Assembly: GCA_016748015.1 (NCBI GenBank)
Contig: JAAOMT010000624.1
Location: 1 to 8,108 of the forward strand
Length of the DNA stretch: 8,108 nt
Source of the DNA: Geosiphon pyriformis uo1
Taxonomy: Eukaryota; Fungi; Glomeromycota
Direction: 5' to 3'
Below, one piece after another: positions 1-8,108 of the stretch (within the stretch, counting starts at the first letter, position 1; every line of letters begins with the position of its first letter). The notes under the pieces are model-generated. The model worked only from the letters and a program-made list of their open reading frames with translations. It did not search any database and was not told where the DNA came from. The position numbers and the translations under genes were made by a program.

Positions 1-1549
1 CAGTAATACAATCCCGGTGTGGAATCACTCATCCTCATCAACTATGACATCCCTCATCCAGTCTCCCCCCCTGGTACAAGTCATGGGCGCTACTTAGATC
101 ACCACATTGTAGATTAGGACTGTCATTGTAGGTTACCATTAACCTATCTTATAGCTCAGTATATGTGTCATGGAGCCTAATACCTAAGACCTTACCACTA
201 TGAATACCCTTACAAAACTCTATGAGGATCTGTAATAACTTGACTACTCCATTACCCTGTCCTGTACTGTAGCATCACTCCTATCCATGACAGTACAATG
301 CTCAACTAACCAACTTACAACTACACAATCCCGGATAAATTCTTGACACATCCCTAGACAGGAGACCACCAGATCCTGTAATAGAGACGGCAATCAAGGA
401 TGACCCATGTACAGGATTACTTTCCCTATCACTAGCAGTACCTTTGTGGTCCCAGCACACTACCTCTCTGACGGCAGCATAGGTAGTCCATTAGTACTCT
501 AACCTACCTACCCTATCACCTTGTCAATAACTACACTGTTATTGGATGACACCCTTACAACTGAGGTCCTGCTGCGACACCATAGCAACATTGGTACACC
601 TTCCACAAGGATTGCAACTACAAACCAGCTAACCTCCCGATGCTGTGCTATACTAGATCCCCGCATGTCTACCTACCTTACCAGGGGAGTTGCTATACCA
701 GTGTGATCCATGACTGACTAGCCCCCATAACCATCAACCTATCCTAGTACCCAAGTCCCCATCATCATCACAATACATCATGCTATCTACCTATCCCTAA
801 CACTTAGAGCACATTACCAGTTCACAGTATCTTTTACACATCCTGTATAGCAGGTACAACATCTCTCATGACAGAGGCCTCTCCATACCTATCCATTATA
901 AGTTACCAGCTCACCAGATCACAAAGGACACTGGGGACAGGGTCTAGAGCATACGTATTGGTAATTACCTGTTATGGCAAGACTATATCATAACCATCCT
1001 AACAATATGTACCACTTACAGGGAGCAAGGTCTATGAAGACTACCCTTGTAAAGGTATGAGTACCACTAGCTAGCTGCAATCCTTGCGGGAGCATGAGCC
1101 CTTACAACAAGGGATTCCCATCTGACAGTCTTCCTATTAAATAACACTGTACAATTTCCAATGGACATCACAATAGATCATACACTATGACACCCCAGAA
1201 CCTATCCACCAATCGACAGGTATGGTATTGGCATTCATATAGTCTACCTAGCATGAACGTATCCCCTGTACCCATCCCCTATCCCTACTACAATTAGGAT
1301 CCTCACAAGATAGGAGTACTCAAGGGTTTATCAGTACAACTCCTACACAGTCCTTACAGGATACCCATACCAACCCTACACTTACTATCCAAAACTAGTA
1401 TAAGGGATCTTGGTCCACTGTCATCTAAAAGGATAGTTGTACAATCCCCATTGTCAGTCTACTACTAACTAGTCAGTCACTGTAGTTATTAGGAGCTAGG
1501 ACTCTCCATATAGGTAGTGTACACAATCATTACAATACAGTACCAGTCC
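1..1549 (+). repeat. Terminal direct repeat, copy 1 (matches 6560-8108)
   Basis: CAGTAATACAATCCCGG at 1 recurs at 6560. The window end (...TACCAGTCC, 8108) matches 1549. The same 61-aa ORF occurs at 521 and 7080 (offset 6559). No mismatches seen in spot checks. Confidence 0.97.
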
Positions 1550-2220
1550 CGTCCGTACAGTACATGTACCCTACTAATACAATGGTAAGACTTGACACCC
1601 AGCTACCACCTATAACCAGATCACCACATTAGCAATCCCAATGATCTACTCCCATTCCTCACATGACAATTACAGACTCTATGCATACTGAGGATACCAC
1701 TAGCCCCAATAGCTCTACTATACTCTAGCAACAACATTACAATTACTGTCATGGCAATACCCTTACCCACAATGACCTAACATCCTAATCCATATTACAG
1801 CTAGCCCTTCCAATTTCCAGGATCACAGCTAACTTGCTAACGCACATCACAATAAGGAATGTACACATGGCACTCACCTCACCTATCTTCTGTACCTGAC
1901 TTATACCTGTAGGATGGGATTTATACTGATGACACCTCCATGAGGGATAGGGATAGGCTATGACCACCAATGGCCATGATACCTCACAAGACTATATAAG
2001 ATCAGCTATACACTTTTACAATCCCTATTGAACACCTGATGACCACCATCCTACAAAATTGGACAGTACAATACCAGATCCATAGCACAATTCCCTGCAG
2101 GCAGCAAAATAGGTAACATAGGAATCTCAACAAAGATAAAAAGGGTTATTATCCCACGCGAGAGCCAAAGGGCCTTGCAGGGTCTAGAAATAGGATATAT
2201 CTGAGGTGTTCACAAAGTTT

Positions 2221-2231
2221 ACCCCCACCCC
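2221..2231 (-). repeat. Left arm of core-bounding inverted repeat (ACCCCCACCCC); UMS/CSB-3-like on minus strand
   Basis: Its reverse complement GGGGTGGGGGT is found exactly at 2507-2517. Confidence 0.85.
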
Positions 2232-2385
2232 GTTTGGGGCAGCCGTAAAAGGGGGGGCCGGGCATAAAGGTCTCAATAGTATTTGATCACGATGGTCCCC
2301 ATATTGACCCCTAATTAGGGCGCCGTAAAACAGGGCCAAGTGCCAAAAAGGGGTGGATAAAAGTGATTACTGATCCCGTTTGGGA
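2228..2385. repeat. Repeated mini-hairpin CCC-GTTT-GGG x2 (2228-2239, 2374-2385)
   Basis: CCCC-GTTT-GGGG and TCCC-GTTT-GGGA share the same 10-mer, and the outer pair changes from C:G to T:A while staying complementary. Confidence 0.8.
2242..2330 (+). repeat. Direct repeat GCCGTAAAA x2 (2242-2250, 2322-2330)
   Basis: Exact 9-mers 80 bp apart. Each is preceded by a CCC..GGG palindrome/hairpin and followed within a few bases by GGGCC. Confidence 0.8.
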
Positions 2386-2506
2386 CCCTTGTGACCCTTA
2401 GAAGGGGGGATTCTTGGGACGCCAGGGGCTCCGCCCCGCCCTCAGGGAAGCCCAGTACCCTAGGGGCGTAGCCCGCCTGGGCGTGGCCCTCTCTCACGGG
2501 TCGTTG

Positions 2507-2517
2507 GGGGTGGGGGT
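2507..2517 (+). repeat. Right arm of core-bounding inverted repeat (GGGGTGGGGGT)
   Basis: Exact reverse complement of 2221-2231. Confidence 0.85.
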
Positions 2518-2860
2518 CTAGCTAGCGTATTGATATTAGGGGGTCATGTCCAATCCAAGTCCCATTACAAAGGTAGTTCTGGAACAGACTGGAAACTCTA
2601 GTCCCATTAGCCTACCATACTACACAGAATCACAATTACCACAAGGGTTATCTTGTAGGTCTTGGGGGATTGGGTATGGGCTATGGTAAACCTGCGTATG
2701 TGTAGAGCATGACGTATAGGATATGTTGCATGATTCTGGGTCACTCAATGATCGTAATTACTAGGTATCTCAAACTAGATCCCAGTACATAGCTACTAAA
2801 TCACCAATGTAAGATGATAAACGTCCTGATACTTACCAATTAGGACTGTAGGATAGTACC

Positions 2861-2926
2861 TGGGACCCTGTACGTAATACCAGTACCACTAGCCCGCCAC
2901 CATGACGGGTCGGGATCCTATAGGAT
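2861..2926 (+). repeat. Condensed, collinear degenerate copy of core motifs
   Basis: TGGGACCCT (2861; core 2381), CCAGTACC (2880; core 2452), TAGCCCGCC (2890; core 2469) and ACGGGTCG (2905; core 2496) occur in the same order and orientation. Confidence 0.7.
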
Positions 2927-5900
2927 TAAGCTAGCTAAACCCTGTGTTACAAGTCTACCATTGTTACAATGATTCACGCATAACCTGTGAACGCCCTCCT
3001 ACCTAATGTGAGTACTTGACTCACCTCCCCATATCCTATAGTACTACCCATAGCCTAACTGTCTATCACTTCACAATCCAGTACATGATTAACTGCTGCA
3101 TGTCAATGGTAAAAATACTCATGCTGTAACCTTACCATGACCACTCACTCTACAATAGCCACAACATAAGGTATCTCTATCTCTAGCTAGGAGTTTAACA
3201 CTATCCTTATCCTTATCACTGTCCATGTGTAAGATATATAGCTACCAACCTAATACAAGGCTAAGATCTGATCTATGGTACAACTACATAGGATCCATGT
3301 TAGATAGAGACTGAGTTACTAACTCTCTTCATATATGTAATATCTTAGAGGGGCTAGGTGCCTATAACAGTATCACATAAATCAATAGCTCCCTCAAGTA
3401 CTGTCAACTGGATAGTCTACCACCCAGACCACTAATATGATCTACATTACCAGTGAGGATACTTTACATATACCATATTTACAGGTCCCATCCACTGTTT
3501 CAGGTTATCATTGAATAATCCAACCATACTACAATACACATTAACTTTTAAGATAATCCTAGGGCTTCCACTCCCCCAGTGGTACTTGACAACACTATAA
3601 ACTAAATATTTCAGCATTTACAGTAAGGTAGACTGCTATGGGGGCATGAGGGGGATGGATGACTAAGAATGTCCACACAATATCAGGATTCCATACTGTC
3701 CTCAACTACCTCTCAATCTAGACTGTGCTATAGGTACCTAGCTAAGGGTCCAGATCCCTAGTAAGTACACAATACTAGGTAAGATGATGCCCATCACAGG
3801 TAACAGTTCCAATGCCTTAACAACTCCTAACTACTGACTACAATGGTATGAACACTAGCTAATATCCATCAGACTATCTGACGCTGAGTAGCTATAGCCG
3901 CCGGATCCCTAGGATGTGTGGTGTACTGTGAACAGTATAATGAGGACCTTAAACTAGTATGTACTACTAAGATTGCAGATAACATCCTCACCAGATCCAT
4001 TTAGGGACTATGACAGATGCGGACATTGGATGGTGATGTGCTATATAGCCAGTAGTCTAGCAGCGATCCACTGTTATGAGTAAGTACTAGGATAATTGTG
4101 ACGATGTCAGATAACTTTACTCAGGACCTGCATCTATATGGGCTACTAGCTAACTGAGATCCTGTTGTACATCTCTCAGGAGTGGTAGAGTATGGGTACT
4201 ACTAGGTTAGCTACAGGTACTGGTGATAGAACATACACAATCATTGTAAGGATTAGCTACCTATCGAGCATATCATTATCAATCAAGTCATAAATTTGGT
4301 ATGTACTACATGAGAGTCTCATGGAGCCGTAAGTCCTGTCCTCTCTACTATATCTGATAGACCACTAGGTGATAGGGGACTACTACAGTCATGAAGGGAG
4401 TATGTAAATATTCTACCATCCCCTGATAGACACCTAAGTACTTGGAATCTAGTGATGCTAAGGGTTATCAGTACATCTGGTAAGTAACAGACTCTACAAT
4501 ACCTATCCTGAGGTTGCTATACTTCATCATGGAGGAGCCTTAGCAGTACCATAAGTCATTAGTAGTGTGGAGGGAGACTCCATTGCAATGCCAACGCATA
4601 CTATCTAGCTATCGTATACCTAATATCATCTACCATTGTACACACCAACATTGATGTAGTGTTAACAGGGCTACGATCTGGAATCACACCATAACAGGAG
4701 TCTCCTATAATTACAGGATTTACTCTAGCAAGGACCCCAACACTGGCAGCAACCAGCTACTCTTACAGTACACTAACAACTAACACTCTAGCTCACTGTA
4801 ATGGCTAAGGGTAGGGGGGTATGATCTAGCATTTGACTCCACACCGCAAGTATGATGGTCAGGTATAGAAACTGTCATATTCTGATCAGCATTCCCAAGT
4901 AGGGTACTTAGCCTCACCATCAGTAGCTAACAGACTCCAAGGATAGGGTACTACCATTCTGTTGTGGATATTCTATCAAGACTTTGATTGTCAGTATCTT
5001 TAGATGATTGGATCTAACATGTGCTTGTATTAGGATGCTAAGCTAAAACCCAGTCACTTGTGAATTGGATCAATGCTCATGCTGGCAGGGTGCTATAGCT
5101 AAGGAAATGCTTTACTTGTATAGTAGTAGTACGCGGGCTACCAATCATCCAAGTCAATCACTAGGGGTACTACTAGCCCCTACTAATGTACAAGACACAT
5201 GACTGTCAGGGGGTCTAGCCATCCAACTGTGATCAGTACCATGTCAAATCCTACTTAGACAATGCACCATGTCATATATTTACAACAGGATTACCCCTCC
5301 ACCTCCCACTACCAACCATACCAAATACCAGAGTGATGGCAGTAATGACCCCTCACCATTGTACATTTATAAGTCCCAACAAGGGTATAGTACTGCTGCT
5401 ATATACAGACCCTGTAACATTCATGATCCACTAGGCACCATTACAGAGGATACTGGTACCTATGACTAGTATGTATCTACCTTAGCCTAGCTAGCATATA
5501 CCAGTACCTACCAGTCCCTGTACCAATGAATAGGATCAGTTTTAAGGATTGGTAATGTACTGACAATGTTTAATGACACGGTTATAGTACCTATTCTATT
5601 GGGGTACTGATCCATTGTAGCTTACCTAGCATCATACCTAAGAACTAGGGACTGGCTAGCTACCTTAAATCATGATAGAGAGCACAACCAATCCACCATA
5701 CAACCTCTACTGATCTCCTGAGGGGTTTTGCATGTACAGTAACACTTCCAATGCTATGCTATCCTCTACCCATTACCATATTACCAGATGACCATGAGCT
5801 ATGGATCACTATGGGGGGGGCATAGACTAGCTAAGTACCATGAGATCTGCCCCTGTTACAACCTAATGCTATGTTAGTACCAAGTACCAGTCCAATGGAT

Positions 5901-6005
5901 ACCCTATCCGAGGAGCTGAGCTATAGTACTATCACAACCATTGTGTAGAGCGTAGATCAACTAGGATGTACAAGGATCACCAAGACTACCCTGTTAACAC
6001 TATGG

Positions 6006-6032
6006 ACCAATCTACCAATCTACCAATCTACC
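6006..6032 (+). repeat. Short tandem repeat (ACCAATCT)x3 + ACC
   Basis: Read directly: ACCAATCT ACCAATCT ACCAATCT ACC. Confidence 0.9.
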
Positions 6033-6559
6033 TAGGAATTCTATGATCAACTGTAATGCAAGAGTGTTAGCTTACCTCCACTGAGCTATATACCGACCCG
6101 GACCCAGTACCCTGTACCTAATGCTACCCTAATAAACATCCAACATACAGTGTAATGGTCAGCAACCTGTCTTATAGCTAATACTCTTAGGATGAACAGG
6201 CGGATCTAACCATTTAACCTTAACAATGGCTGTATGGCTAAGTAACTGTATCACTCCTCAGTACGCTATGCCAACCCCTAAGATTATGTGTAATAAGAGA
6301 GATACCCCAATCAACTATAAGTGATGTGTGCAGTAATGGATATCCACAATGTGTACCTAGCTAATACTCACATTGGTGTGAGAGGCCTGTAACAATAGTC
6401 ATCAAGGTATTGTACACATCCTAAGTACAGTGTGATAGGACCTATCCTAGTGCAATAGCTACTAGATCCTCCTATGCTCTACTACTAAGGAGGTTGCCCT
6501 AGTATCTCAGTATACCAAGTACAGTACTGGAGGGTCATCAAGATCACCATTGAGATGTA

Positions 6560-8108
6560 CAGTAATACAATCCCGGTGTGGAATCACTCATCCTCATCAA
6601 CTATGACATCCCTCATCCAGTCTCCCCCCCTGGTACAAGTCATGGGCGCTACTTAGATCACCACATTGTAGATTAGGACTGTCATTGTAGGTTACCATTA
6701 ACCTATCTTATAGCTCAGTATATGTGTCATGGAGCCTAATACCTAAGACCTTACCACTATGAATACCCTTACAAAACTCTATGAGGATCTGTAATAACTT
6801 GACTACTCCATTACCCTGTCCTGTACTGTAGCATCACTCCTATCCATGACAGTACAATGCTCAACTAACCAACTTACAACTACACAATCCCGGATAAATT
6901 CTTGACACATCCCTAGACAGGAGACCACCAGATCCTGTAATAGAGACGGCAATCAAGGATGACCCATGTACAGGATTACTTTCCCTATCACTAGCAGTAC
7001 CTTTGTGGTCCCAGCACACTACCTCTCTGACGGCAGCATAGGTAGTCCATTAGTACTCTAACCTACCTACCCTATCACCTTGTCAATAACTACACTGTTA
7101 TTGGATGACACCCTTACAACTGAGGTCCTGCTGCGACACCATAGCAACATTGGTACACCTTCCACAAGGATTGCAACTACAAACCAGCTAACCTCCCGAT
7201 GCTGTGCTATACTAGATCCCCGCATGTCTACCTACCTTACCAGGGGAGTTGCTATACCAGTGTGATCCATGACTGACTAGCCCCCATAACCATCAACCTA
7301 TCCTAGTACCCAAGTCCCCATCATCATCACAATACATCATGCTATCTACCTATCCCTAACACTTAGAGCACATTACCAGTTCACAGTATCTTTTACACAT
7401 CCTGTATAGCAGGTACAACATCTCTCATGACAGAGGCCTCTCCATACCTATCCATTATAAGTTACCAGCTCACCAGATCACAAAGGACACTGGGGACAGG
7501 GTCTAGAGCATACGTATTGGTAATTACCTGTTATGGCAAGACTATATCATAACCATCCTAACAATATGTACCACTTACAGGGAGCAAGGTCTATGAAGAC
7601 TACCCTTGTAAAGGTATGAGTACCACTAGCTAGCTGCAATCCTTGCGGGAGCATGAGCCCTTACAACAAGGGATTCCCATCTGACAGTCTTCCTATTAAA
7701 TAACACTGTACAATTTCCAATGGACATCACAATAGATCATACACTATGACACCCCAGAACCTATCCACCAATCGACAGGTATGGTATTGGCATTCATATA
7801 GTCTACCTAGCATGAACGTATCCCCTGTACCCATCCCCTATCCCTACTACAATTAGGATCCTCACAAGATAGGAGTACTCAAGGGTTTATCAGTACAACT
7901 CCTACACAGTCCTTACAGGATACCCATACCAACCCTACACTTACTATCCAAAACTAGTATAAGGGATCTTGGTCCACTGTCATCTAAAAGGATAGTTGTA
8001 CAATCCCCATTGTCAGTCTACTACTAACTAGTCAGTCACTGTAGTTATTAGGAGCTAGGACTCTCCATATAGGTAGTGTACACAATCATTACAATACAGT
8101 ACCAGTCC
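6560..8108 (+). repeat. Terminal direct repeat, copy 2 (circular overlap or start of next tandem unit)
   Basis: Matches 1-1549 at a constant offset of 6559. Confidence 0.97.

Larger units (their letters stand above)
2221..2517. promoter_or_regulatory. GC/CpG-rich structured core; putative replication origin/conserved region
   Basis: Sharp composition change: about 15 CpG in 297 bp versus about 15 in 1-2150 (manual count). Bounded by an 11-bp perfect inverted repeat and contains direct repeats and several mini-hairpins. Function is inferred by analogy with minicircle conserved regions. Confidence 0.6.
1..6559. other. One complete unit of a probable 6,559-bp circular, ORF-less DNA element (putative organellar minichromosome/minicircle)
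   Basis: Seen: terminal redundancy, no standard-code ORF over 66 aa, and a single structured GC-rich core. The circular topology and organellar identity are inference. Confidence 0.65.

Noticed and set aside
521-706. 61-aa ORF (duplicated at 7080-7265)
   Set aside because: Short, TTG start and no recognisable motif. The duplication only reflects the terminal repeat.
1220-1234. VWYWH peptide resembling Cox3 WYWHFVD
   Set aside because: It continues SYSLP rather than FVD, and the flanks are not hydrophobic. A 4-residue match is expected given how many motifs I screened.
1785-1970. 61-aa minus-strand ORF
   Set aside because: Length is expected by chance and there is no recognisable domain.
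2273-2286. TAGTATT in a tiny stem (TCAA-TAGTAT-TTGA), like a CRESS-virus nonanucleotide
   Set aside because: It reads TAGTATTTG, not TAGTATTAC. The stem is only 4 bp and no Rep or capsid ORF exists.
2055-2362. A-tracts near the core as a kinetoplast-style bent-DNA locus
   Set aside because: The tracts are short and not phased at about 10.5 bp.
2315-2497. 60-aa minus-strand ORF in the core
   Set aside because: Explained by the scarcity of stop codons in GC-rich sequence. It overlaps the hairpin/repeat elements.
5047-5469. ORF 5269-5469 extends to about 140 codons if TGA=Trp
   Set aside because: The product resembles no mitochondrial or viral protein I recognise. A rough estimate says one TAA/TAG-free run this long is plausible by chance across six frames.
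873-6446. Scattered 10-15-bp palindromes in the body (e.g. 873, 960, 1560, 3731, 4309, 5923, 6337, 6434)
   Set aside because: About six perfect 10-bp palindromes are expected by chance in 6.5 kb, and more given the 4-mer bias. They share no sequence or spacing.
1-6559. CRISPR array, tRNA or rRNA genes
   Set aside because: No regularly spaced 23-50-bp repeats, cloverleaf/T-loop motif or conserved rRNA segments were seen. Highly divergent fragmented rRNA pieces cannot be excluded by eye.
1-8108. LTR retroelement interpretation (1,549-bp direct repeats flanking 5 kb)
   Set aside because: The repeats run exactly to both window edges and lack TG..CA ends, and there is no gag/pol remnant. Circular or tandem overlap is simpler, though flanks are not visible.

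Overview
The window is one 6,559-bp unit plus an apparently exact re-read of its first 1,549 bp (1-1549 = 6560-8108), so it is most likely an over-assembled circular molecule or part of a tandem array. I find no credible protein gene, rRNA, tRNA or CRISPR array; the longest standard-code ORF is 66 aa. About 95% of the unit has an unusual composition: CpG-poor, few A/T homopolymers, rich in GTAC/CTAG/GATC/CATG/AGCT, with strong patchy C-versus-G strand skew. The rest is a GC/CpG-rich structured core of about 300 bp (2221-2517). An 11-bp perfect inverted repeat brackets the core, and its left arm reads GGGGTGGGGGTA on the minus strand, 10/12 identical to the kinetoplast universal minicircle sequence GGGGTTGGTGTA. 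The core also holds an AGGGGCGT (CSB-1-like) word, paired direct repeats and a run of CCC-loop-GGG mini-hairpins. Core words recur in a condensed collinear copy at 2861-2926 and in small CpG islets around the circle. My best inference, not proven, is a non-autonomous eukaryotic organellar minichromosome, such as a euglenozoan mitochondrial circle (kinetoplastid guide-RNA circle or diplonemid gene-module chromosome). A dinoflagellate 'empty' plastid minicircle or an unknown satellite replicon are the alternatives.
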